Origin: an uncultured virus (IMG/VR IMGVR_UViG_3300009034_001352)
Taxonomy: Duplodnaviria; Heunggongvirae; Uroviricota; Caudoviricetes
Strand: one strand, 5' to 3'
DNA length: 20,000 nt
IMG/VR virus record: IMGVR_UViG_3300009034_001352
Location: 45,213-65,212 of that record
Shown here: positions 8,667-17,038 of the stretch, one piece after another
Layout of the letters: every line of letters begins with the position of its first letter
How positions within the stretch are numbered: position 1 is the stretch's first letter
The notes under the pieces: model-generated
What the model saw: only the letters and a program-made list of their open reading frames with translations
The model's database searches: none
Told to the model about the DNA's origin: nothing
Translations under genes and position numbers: made by a program

Positions 8667-8860
8667 AAGATTTTGATTTAACCAAAAAAGATTTATTCAG
8701 TGTTTGGTTGGCTTATATTCATAATATAGCAAAAGGAAAAAGTCAAAAAGAAACATTACAAAAGTTAAAAGTTTGTGAAGATATAATAGAAAATGAATTG
8801 GATTATTTTACAGCTTTTGGTTTAACTATGATTACACAAATATTAAGTGAGGAAATATAA
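8663..8860 (+). CDS. Hypothetical protein
   Basis: Fills the gap after recA. Probable TTG start overlapping the recA stop; start is uncertain. Confidence 0.5.
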   Translation: MKDFDLTKKDLFSVWLAYIHNIAKGKSQKETLQKLKVCEDIIENELDYFTAFGLTMITQILSEEI

Positions 8861-9036
8861 TGAAAAAAGTTAAAATATTTGAAAGTTATAATAAACATGA
8901 ATTAGAAATAGAAATGAATAATTGGATGAAAAAGAATGAATGTGAAATAGATATATTTTTTGTGAGACAATCAGTAAGTTCGGATTCTAAAGATTCTACA
9001 TATTTGATCATTTCTATTTGGTATGAGGAAATATAA
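8860..9036 (+). CDS. Small protein resembling the Cse60/DUF2758 family
   Basis: Not in the ORF track. MKKVKIFESYNKHELEIEMNNWMKK...YLIISIWYEEI (58 aa). GAGG site, TAATG overlaps at both ends. Confidence 0.65.
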   Translation: MKKVKIFESYNKHELEIEMNNWMKKNECEIDIFFVRQSVSSDSKDSTYLIISIWYEEI

Positions 9037-9245
9037 TGGAATATATTGAAATAGCTGCTAAAATGTTAGATTGTAAAGTTGAAGATATGGAAAAAGATTG
9101 TATAGGTTTAGTTAGATTATTAAATGATATGAATAAATTTTGTGAAAGTGTGGAAGGAAAATTAAAATCAAGACAAGAGATTGCTTTAATTATTTATTCT
9201 TATTATCAAGATGATAAAATATTAAAAGCATCTTTTGGATTTTAG
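9036..9245 (+). CDS. Hypothetical protein
   Basis: 69 aa ORF with GAGG site and TAATG coupling. Confidence 0.65.
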   Translation: MEYIEIAAKMLDCKVEDMEKDCIGLVRLLNDMNKFCESVEGKLKSRQEIALIIYSYYQDDKILKASFGF

Positions 9246-9254
9246 GAGATTGAA

Positions 9255-9782
9255 ATGAATTATATAAATTTTACAAGAGAAGAAATAGAATATTTGATAA
9301 ATTATTTTGAAAGTGAATGTAATGGGATGATTAAAAATTCTATGTTTTTTGAAGCAAAATTATATAAAAAATTAAAAAGATCTTTAATTCCAATAAAGAT
9401 ATCAAGTAGAAAGGAAAAGGGAAAAAATCTTCAAAAATGGATTTGTAATAAAATAGCTAATCTATTGGGAATTAAATATAATCAACAAGATGATCAATGT
9501 GAAATTCATTCAAGAGAGATGGGGCAATCAGGAGTGGATATAATATTGAGAGGAAAAGCTTTGAAGAGATTTCCATTTTCAATCGAATGTAAAAGTTCAG
9601 AACAATTCAATTTTAAGAATACTATAGAACAGATAAGAAATAATTCAACAGATGATACAGATTGGTTAATTGTTTATAAAAAGAAAGTTTTTAGAAATCC
9701 AGTAGTAATTATGGGATGGTATGCTTTTGAAAGACTTTTTGAAAAAGGAGTAAAAAATGGCAAAGGGAATATTGTGGACTGA
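9255..9782 (+). CDS. PD-(D/E)XK nuclease, putative Holliday junction resolvase
   Basis: 'SRKEKGKNLQ', 'SREMGQSGVDIIL', 'FPFSIECK', 'WLIVYKK' fit the phage Hjc-like pattern. Confidence 0.8.
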   Translation: MNYINFTREEIEYLINYFESECNGMIKNSMFFEAKLYKKLKRSLIPIKISSRKEKGKNLQKWICNKIANLLGIKYNQQDDQCEIHSREMGQSGVDIILRGKALKRFPFSIECKSSEQFNFKNTIEQIRNNSTDDTDWLIVYKKKVFRNPVVIMGWYAFERLFEKGVKNGKGNIVD

Positions 9783-9930
9783 TTATGAAAAAAATTATCT
9801 TATAAAGAATTATGGAAAGATTTCAGTTGTAAAAATAGCAAAACATTTGAAAAAAACAGAAAAACAAATATATGATTATGCTTCACTTTTAAGAACAAAA
9901 GGCGAATATCTTAAATATTTAAAAAGATGA
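9757..9930 (+). CDS. Small Myb/SANT-like HTH protein
   Basis: Not in the ORF track. MAKGILWTDYEKNYLIKNYGKISVVKIAKHLKKTEKQIYDYASLL (WT..E...L...Y.....IA..L..T pattern). AAGGAG site. Confidence 0.7.
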   Translation: MAKGILWTDYEKNYLIKNYGKISVVKIAKHLKKTEKQIYDYASLLRTKGEYLKYLKR

Positions 9931-9950
9931 TATTAAAAAGGAGATAAATT

Positions 9951-10358
9951 ATGAGATTGAAATATGGGGCTAAAAGAGCGAGATTGTTTGGTGTAAAAAT
10001 GGTAGTGTTTCTGTCATTTACTTTTGTTGCAATAATAAGTGTTCTTTATCTTGTTAATATTACTATGATTGATGAAAATGATATTCTACGATTGACTCGT
10101 CATCAAGTGATTTATTTAGCTTGTATGTTAATATTTATAGGGTCATCTGCCGGTTCTCTTTCTGTGATGTTTTTTCGGCGTGAAACTTTTTCTTCTTATT
10201 TGTTTGATAAATCAATAGAGGAGTTGAGTGTGGCAGCTGCTCAAATAGAAAAAATAAAGAAAGCGAGAATAGAGGATAAAGAAAAAACATTAGAACTTGA
10301 ACTTTTAAGAGAGAAAAAGAAGGAAGAAAAATTTAATAGAAAAAAGGAAAATAAATGA
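9951..10358 (+). CDS. Two-TM membrane protein with C-terminal coiled coil
   Basis: Two hydrophobic segments and a charged tail. AAGGAG site. Confidence 0.7.
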   Translation: MRLKYGAKRARLFGVKMVVFLSFTFVAIISVLYLVNITMIDENDILRLTRHQVIYLACMLIFIGSSAGSLSVMFFRRETFSSYLFDKSIEELSVAAAQIEKIKKARIEDKEKTLELELLREKKKEEKFNRKKENK

Positions 10359-10501
10359 TAATTGGACTTATCTTATTGTATTTTTTTGCTATGGCAGCAG
10401 GGAAATGTATGGATGATGATGGTGATGATAATGTATCTTTAGGTTTAACTATTATTTGTTGGATAATAATTATAATTATGTTATCTGTAGAAGGAATTTA
10501 A
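10355..10501 (+). CDS. Small membrane protein
   Basis: 48 aa with two hydrophobic stretches separated by an acidic loop. ATGA overlap. Confidence 0.5.
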   Translation: MIIGLILLYFFAMAAGKCMDDDGDDNVSLGLTIICWIIIIIMLSVEGI

Positions 10502-10612
10502 TAATGATACATATAATGAAATTGATATTACAAATGTTAATTTTATTAGTTATTAGTGTTTTTATGTTTGGAATTATTATTGTTATAGTAATGGTGATAT
10601 TTATTCTTGTAG

Positions 10613-10801
10613 ATGAGTTTAATAATGGATATTAAAGAAATTGAATCACTTGATAAATTGAAATCAGGAGATATAATAATTCATAAATGGTCTCATAAAC
10701 CTTATATAATAATAGGACTTAATCCTTTAATAGGAGTGAGATGTTATCGGATAACAAATGTTGTAGAATGGAAAAAAATTATTTTAAATAAGGGGAAATA
10801 A
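10613..10801 (+). CDS. Hypothetical protein
   Basis: 62 aa ORF containing 'LKSGDIIIHK'. Confidence 0.55.
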   Translation: MSLIMDIKEIESLDKLKSGDIIIHKWSHKPYIIIGLNPLIGVRCYRITNVVEWKKIILNKGK

Positions 10802-10802
10802 T

Positions 10803-11390
10803 ATGAATATTGATTTTTTATCTGTATATGGGTTTTCTTATGCAATAAAAGGTATGCGAAAATCATTTAATTCAGAAGAAAAATCAGATACTAATTTTTT
10901 GGTAGACGATAATTTAAATCCAGATATAGGAGAAAAAGATTTGTCTCTTCTTTTGAAACTTGTTAAATCTGGAGATGCTCACGCAAAATGTATGCGATTT
11001 GTAATTGCTTATTTGGAAATAAATGCTCCCAGATATTGGTGGCAGCAATTTGATACTTACAAAATAGGAGTGGAACAATTAAGTCAATCAACTATGCATA
11101 CTATGATGGAGATGCCATTAGAAATAAGTGATTTTGAAATTGATAAACATGATGAAGAAATGAAAGATCTTATAAAGATATTAAATTTTTATATAAGACA
11201 TAAAATGTTTAAAAAAGTTAAAATATTTCTTCCTGAATCATTTTTACAGACTCGTATGATATGTTGTAATTATCAATCGTTAAGGCATATATATTTACAA
11301 AGAAAAAATCATAGATTGGAAGAATGGCATTATTTTTGTGATTGGATTGATAACAATATGCCTCATAGTGAATTTATAACAGAGGAATAA
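10803..11390 (+). CDS. Divergent ThyX-like (flavin-dependent thymidylate synthase fold) protein
   Basis: 'GDAHAKCMR', 'INAPRYWWQQFDTYKIG', 'SQSTMH', 'LPESFLQTR...NYQSLRHIYLQRKNHRLEEWHYFC' match phage Thy1-like proteins. Confidence 0.75.
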   Translation: MNIDFLSVYGFSYAIKGMRKSFNSEEKSDTNFLVDDNLNPDIGEKDLSLLLKLVKSGDAHAKCMRFVIAYLEINAPRYWWQQFDTYKIGVEQLSQSTMHTMMEMPLEISDFEIDKHDEEMKDLIKILNFYIRHKMFKKVKIFLPESFLQTRMICCNYQSLRHIYLQRKNHRLEEWHYFCDWIDNNMPHSEFITEE

Positions 11391-11439
11391 TGTTGTGGAA
11401 TGGGAAAAAGTTATTTTAAAGAATGAAGAAGGATAATAA

Positions 11440-11793
11440 ATGTTTTATATGAGACATTATATTGATAAGCCAGAAAAATTAAAAATATTATTAACTTGTC
11501 CTATGTGTTTGAAAGATATGTATAATAATATTAAAAAATTACCTGATAAGAATATGAATTTAGTTGAAAGTAAAGAAATTATTGTGAAAGAGGAAATAAA
11601 AAGAAGTAAAGAATATGAGATTACTTGTCCACACTGCAAAAGATTTTCTATAACTTATATAAATCAATTAGAAAATGAAGAAAGAAACATAAATGAAACG
11701 GAAGCAAAACGGATAATAGATGAAAATATAGTTCATCCTATTGAATGGGATATGTCAGATGAAAATTTATTGGAGGAAAATGATAAATTATAA
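11440..11793 (+). CDS. Zinc-ribbon protein
   Basis: CPMC and CPHC pairs. Confidence 0.65.
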   Translation: MFYMRHYIDKPEKLKILLTCPMCLKDMYNNIKKLPDKNMNLVESKEIIVKEEIKRSKEYEITCPHCKRFSITYINQLENEERNINETEAKRIIDENIVHPIEWDMSDENLLEENDKL

Positions 11794-12030
11794 TGGGTGT
11801 GAAGGGAATATGTAGGATTGGCTATTTTTTAGTAATAATAATTACGGAAATTATGGAGGTGGACAAGGTATTGTATACCATAGTTTGATTGATTTTTTTG
11901 AGAAAGATAGATTGAAATTAAAGATTACAATAAAAAGAATAATAAAATATTTATTAAAAAAATAATAAATCAACAAAAGATTCTGTAAGAAATGGAGATT
12001 GGAGAGGATCAAGATGAAAAGGAGAAATAA

Positions 12031-12420
12031 ATGAATAAATTAATGCAATTACCAAAATCTTTTAAATATTTAAAAGATGATTCTTTGATAAAACGTTTAG
12101 TTTATGTTCGAGACACAATAAACAGAGTTCCTATAGGTGTTGTTCTTATTACTGTTGATGGATATGTTGGTTGGAGTATGTTGAATGTAAATTCAGAAGA
12201 TAAATGGGATAGAATTTTTGGAATAAGAAAGGCTTTATTCAGAGCACGTTCTAAAAAAAGTATTAAGAAAATTAGATCTTATATTTATGAGAGAATAGAT
12301 AATCAACCCGTTTCTAATAGGAAAAATAGATCACTTATAGTAAGATTTGGTTGGTTATATGCCATTTTAGGACAAATAGTAATAGGAAATAATGGAGGTG
12401 AAAAACAAAATGATAGATAA
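12031..12420 (+). CDS. Hypothetical phage protein
   Basis: 129 aa with AAGGAG site. 'VGWSML....DKWDRIFGIRKALFRA'. Confidence 0.7.
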   Translation: MNKLMQLPKSFKYLKDDSLIKRLVYVRDTINRVPIGVVLITVDGYVGWSMLNVNSEDKWDRIFGIRKALFRARSKKSIKKIRSYIYERIDNQPVSNRKNRSLIVRFGWLYAILGQIVIGNNGGEKQNDR

Positions 12421-12574
12421 TTATGAAGAATTAGCGGATATGGATTGTAAAAAATGTTATGGTAGAGGATATATTGGAATGAATCCTAAAACAAAAAAGA
12501 TTGGTAATTATTGTAAATGTGTAATAAGGAATTATAGAAAGAAAAAGAGAGAAAAAAATAATGAAAAATTGTAA
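12410..12574 (+). CDS. Small zinc-finger protein
   Basis: GGAGGTG site. 'CKKCYGRG...YCKC'. Confidence 0.65.
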   Translation: MIDNYEELADMDCKKCYGRGYIGMNPKTKKIGNYCKCVIRNYRKKKREKNNEKL

Positions 12575-12758
12575 TTATTGTAAAAGATATAATGAATGTT
12601 TATATCGAAAAAAATTAAAAGAAATTATTAGTTCATTTTTTTCAGTTCATAAATATATCCTCGAAGAAAAAAACAATAATACAAATAAGGCTATATCTAT
12701 TTCTAATCATTTAGCAGAATATTGTTTTTTTATGAAAATATCTGGAGAAATAAAATAA
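12561..12758 (+). CDS. Small Cys-rich hypothetical protein
   Basis: CxxC....C at the N-terminus plus a C-terminal Cys. Overlaps the upstream gene. Confidence 0.6.
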   Translation: MKNCNYCKRYNECLYRKKLKEIISSFFSVHKYILEEKNNNTNKAISISNHLAEYCFFMKISGEIK

Positions 12759-12802
12759 AATGAGATTGTAGTAAGGATGGGAAAAAATAATTATAGGAAA
12801 AA

Positions 12803-13027
12803 ATGATGGACTATAGTAAGTTAATTGATAAAAGAGAATCTTATGAGAATTTGGTTTGGAAAGTATTGTTGCAAGCAATTAAAGATTTGGGTGATAAATG
12901 GAAAAATAATAGAAAAAGCGCTATTTATTTTTTTGAATCAGGTGACTATAAATATTGGTGTAAATTAATAAATTTAGATGCTAAAAGTTTTTATGATTAT
13001 TATAAAAAAAATAATAGGAGAAAATAA
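12803..13027 (+). CDS. Hypothetical phage protein
   Basis: 'VLLQAIKDL...AIYFF...YWCKLINLD', a common small phage protein pattern. Confidence 0.65.
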   Translation: MMDYSKLIDKRESYENLVWKVLLQAIKDLGDKWKNNRKSAIYFFESGDYKYWCKLINLDAKSFYDYYKKNNRRK

Positions 13028-13212
13028 TGAGTTTAAAAAAAATAAACTTACAGATAAATAAATTGAAGAAAAAGATAAAAAATATAGAAGGGACAGAATG
13101 TGAAGTTTATAGTAGAATTGTTGGTTATTATAGATCTGTAAAGAATTGGAATCCTGGTAGAAAAGCAGAATATAAAAAACGTAAAGGATTTCAAATTAAA
13201 GAAGAAAAATGA
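13027..13212 (+). CDS. Stand-alone NrdD C-terminal (glycyl radical) domain peptide
   Basis: 'CEVYSRIVGYYRSVKNWNPGRKAEYKKRK' is the class III RNR C-terminal signature R.xGY. Own AGGAG site and TAATG coupling. Confidence 0.85.
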   Translation: MSLKKINLQINKLKKKIKNIEGTECEVYSRIVGYYRSVKNWNPGRKAEYKKRKGFQIKEEK

Positions 13213-13455
13213 AAATGATAATAAAATTATTTAACAATATTAAATGGAAATATAAAAAAATAAAAGAAAATTATAGATATTGGAAAAAAACAAAAATCAT
13301 TAACTTTAGATAGATACAGAATTATATATGAGAGAAAGAAGATGAATAATGATTATTGGCAAGCACAAGAGGACAGATTTCAAAAGCATATACAGCAACA
13401 GGAATTATTTACAAAACAAGAATTACAAAATATTATTTATAAAGAGGAAAAATAA

Positions 13456-13779
13456 ATGAAAATATACATATCAGGACAAATAACAGGAGATCCAAATTAT
13501 AAAGAAAAATTTCTTTTTTATAATGAAATATTGAGAAAAAAATTTCCATCTGTTGAAATATTTAATCCTGCTATTGAAATTGAAAAAGAAAAATATTGGA
13601 ATCAATGGATTTGGGAAACATATATTGTATGGGGAATTTTTATGTTAGATGGCTGTGATATGATATATATGATTCCAGATTGGAACCAATCACAAGGGGC
13701 TATCATAGAAAGAGAATATGCAAAAATAAAAGGAATAGCAATCGAGTATTTTAAAACTTTATATAGAAAGGAGAAGTAG
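13456..13779 (+). CDS. DUF4406 / nucleoside deoxyribosyltransferase-like protein
   Basis: 'KIYISGQITG', 'FNPA', 'CDMIYMIPDWNQSQGAIIEREYA'. Confidence 0.8.
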   Translation: MKIYISGQITGDPNYKEKFLFYNEILRKKFPSVEIFNPAIEIEKEKYWNQWIWETYIVWGIFMLDGCDMIYMIPDWNQSQGAIIEREYAKIKGIAIEYFKTLYRKEK

Positions 13780-13879
13780 ATGAGAAAGCCTAAAAATAAA
13801 TTTGAAAGAAAAGGATTAATAATTTTGATAATTTTGATAATATCATTCAATATCTTTATTTATAAAGGAGGAAAAATAA

Positions 13880-15577
13880 ATGATAACAAAATTAACAAAT
13901 GAACAAAAGTTAAAATTAAAAGAATATAAAGATAGATACATTAAAATTGGATTAAATACAGATCGAATTAATAAAAAAGAATGTAGAAAAGATGTAAATA
14001 ATTTATATAAACATATTTTAAAAAAGAAAATACCTAAAAAAATTATTATTTGCGACAGTCCATATCAATTATGGCATAATCTTTGTTTTTATATAATTAT
14101 TACGAAATCAATAAATAATAATGTAGTTTGGAATGAAGTTAGGAAGGAAGTTTGGAATGTAGTTAATGATAAAATTAGTGATAAAGTTTGGAATGAAGTT
14201 AGTGATAAAGTTAGGAATGAAGTTAGTAATGAAGTTTGGAATGAAGTTTGGAATGAAGTTAATGATAAAGTTTGGAATGAAGTTAGTGATAAAGTTTGGA
14301 ATGAAGTTAGGAAGGAAGTTTGGAATGTAGTTAATGATAAAATTAGTGATAAAGTTAGGAAGGCAGTTAATGATAAAATTAGTGATAAAGTTTGGAATGA
14401 AGTTAGGAATGAAGTTAGTAATGTAGTTAGTAATGTAGTTAGGAATGTAGTTTGGAATGAAGTTAGGAATGAAGTTAGTGATAAAGTTTGGAATGTAGTT
14501 TGGAATGTAGTTAGTAATGTAGTTAGTAATGAAGTTAGTAATGAAGTTAGTAATGAAGTTAGTAATGAAGTTAGTGATAAAGTTAGTAATGAAGTTAGTA
14601 ATGAAGTTAGTGATAAAGTTAGGAATGTAGTTTGGAATGAAGTTAGTGATAAAGTTAGTAATGAAGTTAGTAATGAAGTTAGGAATAAAGTTAGTGATAA
14701 AGTTAGTAATGAAGTTTGGAATGCAGTTAGGAATGAAGTTAGTGATAAAGTTTGGAATGAAGTTAGTAATGAAGTTAGTAATGAAGTTAGTAATGAAGTT
14801 AGTAATGAAGTTAGGAATGAAGTTTGGAATGTAGTTAGTGATAAAGTTTGGAATGTAGTTAGTGATAAAGTTTGGAATGTAGTTAGTAATGAGAAAAAAT
14901 ATTTAATTAATTTTATATATCCTTTTTTAGATGGCAATTTCAATTCATATTATTTTAGTTTTTATTCATTTTTTATTAATGAATGCAAAATTCAGATAAC
15001 AAATAAATATTTTATATATGAAAAATTGTGTGATTATAGTCTTATCTATCCATTTAATAAAATTTGTTTTATTTCTGAAAAACCAAATGAAATAAATTTA
15101 ATCAATAATAAATTACATGCTGATTTAAAGCCAGCATTAAAATATTCTGATGGTTTTAGTATATATTCTTTAAACGGCACAATTATGCCCAAATGGATTG
15201 TTATGACAAAAAAAGAAGATATGAAAATAGAAGATATATTTAAATTAAAAAATATAGAACAGAGATTGGAAGCAATAAAAAAAATGGGCGATTTATTTTT
15301 TGAGAAAATGAAATCTATGATTTATGATAAAAAAGAAATATATTTAGATGGCAATCAAAAAGTATATTTAAAAAATATAGGAAATTTAAAAAAAGTAAAT
15401 TATGAATTGTTAGGAATTAATATAAAAGATGTTGATAAAGAAATGAAAGTATTAAAAATGGAAAATCCATCAACAAATGAAATTCATTATGAAATGGTAA
15501 ATCCAGAATGTAAACAGATTTTAGATGCTTTTGAATTTAGAACAGGAATACGTAGTTTTCCTGCATATTTAAGTTAA
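13880..15577 (+). CDS. Tetrapeptide-repeat protein with DUF6745-like C-terminal domain
   Basis: N-terminal 'ITKLTNEQ...IGLNT', 'CDSP'; central V-[SWRN]-[NDK]-[EKVA] repeats; C-terminal 'ISEKP...LHADLKPALKYSDGFSIYSLNG', 'NIEQR', 'NPST'. Confidence 0.75.
   Translation: MITKLTNEQKLKLKEYKDRYIKIGLNTDRINKKECRKDVNNLYKHILKKKIPKKIIICDSPYQLWHNLCFYIIITKSINNNVVWNEVRKEVWNVVNDKISDKVWNEVSDKVRNEVSNEVWNEVWNEVNDKVWNEVSDKVWNEVRKEVWNVVNDKISDKVRKAVNDKISDKVWNEVRNEVSNVVSNVVRNVVWNEVRNEVSDKVWNVVWNVVSNVVSNEVSNEVSNEVSNEVSDKVSNEVSNEVSDKVRNVVWNEVSDKVSNEVSNEVRNKVSDKVSNEVWNAVRNEVSDKVWNEVSNEVSNEVSNEVSNEVRNEVWNVVSDKVWNVVSDKVWNVVSNEKKYLINFIYPFLDGNFNSYYFSFYSFFINECKIQITNKYFIYEKLCDYSLIYPFNKICFISEKPNEINLINNKLHADLKPALKYSDGFSIYSLNGTIMPKWIVMTKKEDMKIEDIFKLKNIEQRLEAIKKMGDLFFEKMKSMIYDKKEIYLDGNQKVYLKNIGNLKKVNYELLGINIKDVDKEMKVLKMENPSTNEIHYEMVNPECKQILDAFEFRTGIRSFPAYLS
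14126..14893 (+). repeat. Coding tandem repeat, 64 x 12 bp
   Basis: Unit GTT-(AGT/TGG/AGG/AAT)-(AAT/GAT/AAG)-(GAA/AAA/GTA/GCA), occasionally ATT in the first codon; 768 bp in unbroken register. Confidence 0.95.
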
Positions 15578-15597
15578 ATAATTTAGGAGGAACAAAT

Positions 15598-15924
15598 ATG
15601 AAAAGAAAAGAATATGTTCATCATGGGGATATTTTATTAGTACCTATTGATGAAATTCCAAAAGGAATAAAAAGAATAAAAGAAGAAAAATTAATTCTTG
15701 CAGAAGGAGAAATAACAGGACATATGCATGAGATTGTTAATAATAAAAAAGCTGAATTATATTTTGATGTTAAGAAAAATAAAATGTATTTAAATGTACT
15801 TGAGCCAACTTTTTTGAAACATCAACAACACTATAAAATACAAATAGAAACCGGTTATTATTATGTTAATAGAGTTAATGAATATGATTATTTTGAAAAA
15901 CAAAAAAGAAAAGTACAGGATTGA
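15598..15924 (+). CDS. His-rich conserved partner protein (QGD/'GE.TGH.H' family)
   Basis: 'HHGDILL', 'LAEGEITGHMH', 'LKHQQH', 'GYYYVNRVNEYD'. AGGAGG site. Confidence 0.75.
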   Translation: MKRKEYVHHGDILLVPIDEIPKGIKRIKEEKLILAEGEITGHMHEIVNNKKAELYFDVKKNKMYLNVLEPTFLKHQQHYKIQIETGYYYVNRVNEYDYFEKQKRKVQD

Positions 15925-15965
15925 AAATAAGGATATTGAAACAATAATAATTAAGGAGGAATAAA

Positions 15966-16316
15966 ATGAAAAAAATTATTATTTTAATGGTTATTATTTT
16001 AGGGATTGTAGGATGTAATTTACAAGAAAAACAGCAATTATATGATTTTACTGGATTTTGGAAAGTTACAAAATCAACTGATTCAGAGATAAATTATTAT
16101 GAAGTTGATAGAAATAATCGTTTTTATCAATATAATTTATCTTTACTGCCAATAAATAGAGGAGTGATTTTTTGCCATGATGATATTATTGTATTTGGAT
16201 ATGTTTCAAATTCTCATGTGAGATATGCAATACACAAAATAAATCAGATAGATGAAGATGGATTAGTTTTGTACAATAGAAATAATAATGAGAAATTATA
16301 TTTTACAAAAATGTAA
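15966..16316 (+). CDS. Lipoprotein (possible lipocalin-like beta fold)
   Basis: MKK, hydrophobic core, lipobox IVG-C; then 'FTGFWKV'. AAGGAGG site. Confidence 0.75.
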   Translation: MKKIIILMVIILGIVGCNLQEKQQLYDFTGFWKVTKSTDSEINYYEVDRNNRFYQYNLSLLPINRGVIFCHDDIIVFGYVSNSHVRYAIHKINQIDEDGLVLYNRNNNEKLYFTKM

Positions 16317-16383
16317 ATAATTTTTAACAATTTAAAAAAGTAAATCAAAAAGTATTAAAATTAAATAATAATAGGAGAAATAA

Positions 16384-16581
16384 ATGAAAAGATGTGATTA
16401 TTCAGGAATAGAATGTGAATATATTGATAAAGCAAATAGATATATAAAAATGTGGAGAATGTTAGAAACAAAAATAGATGATATATTATTCTTTGCAGAA
16501 AATAAGATAGAATGGGAAATTTATAATAATGTAGATATTGAAATGAAAAGAATAGAAAAAAAGGCTTTAAAAGATGAATAG
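16384..16581 (+). CDS. Hypothetical protein
   Basis: 65 aa with AGGAG site. Confidence 0.6.
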   Translation: MKRCDYSGIECEYIDKANRYIKMWRMLETKIDDILFFAENKIEWEIYNNVDIEMKRIEKKALKDE

Positions 16582-16738
16582 AAAAATAAAATTAAGGCGT
16601 ATGAAAGATTGGTCAAAAAAAGAAAAAATGGAATTAAAAGAATATTTTAATAAAGAAATATATAAAGCGCATCTTGATGATACTTGGTGGAGCGATAAAA
16701 TATTAGAAATGGAGGAAAAATATCAAAATGAAAAATAA
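16574..16738 (+). CDS. Hypothetical protein
   Basis: 54 aa ORF (MNRKIKLRRMKDWS...) overlapping both neighbours. Not in the ORF track. Confidence 0.5.
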   Translation: MNRKIKLRRMKDWSKKEKMELKEYFNKEIYKAHLDDTWWSDKILEMEEKYQNEK

Positions 16739-16940
16739 ATTATTTGATATAATAAGTGGAATTGTTTCAGGATTTTTTCATATAATAGGGATAATTATAA
16801 TTACGAGTGTATTTACTATCCTACTTATAATTGCAAAAACAATAGAGCAATATATAGTAATTGCTATAATAACACCTATTTTTATATTGATTATTTTTAT
16901 AATTATAATAAATTTATTTGAAATATTTAAAAAAATTTAA
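16728..16940 (+). CDS. Small two-TM membrane protein
   Basis: Two long hydrophobic segments. GGAGG upstream. Confidence 0.6.
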   Translation: MKNKLFDIISGIVSGFFHIIGIIIITSVFTILLIIAKTIEQYIVIAIITPIFILIIFIIIINLFEIFKKI

Positions 16941-17038
16941 AAATTCATACTATACAGAATTATTTTCATACTATAAGACAATTTTTTTATAAAAACTATT
17001 TACTTTTTCATATAGTATAGTATTATATATAATATACT
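16941..17038 (+). promoter_or_regulatory. Putative promoter/operator region for the packaging genes
   Basis: AT-rich intergenic gap with TATAAT at 17028-17033, TTCATACTATA direct repeats at 16944 and 16965, and inverted TATAGTAT copies at 17011 and 17016. Confidence 0.5.

Noticed and set aside
14126..14893. Repeat region as the CRISPR array for the csf module
   Set aside because: The units are contiguous 12-mers with no unique spacers, and they stay in frame inside a protein with normal flanking domains.
14089..14943. 284-aa minus-strand ORF and alternative-frame ORF 14637-14834
   Set aside because: These are by-products of the stop-free repeat; the + strand frame carries the real domains and RBS.
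16728..16940. Holin call for the small membrane ORFs (also 5207-5365, 9951-10501)
   Set aside because: No endolysin is adjacent, and hydrophobicity alone is insufficient.
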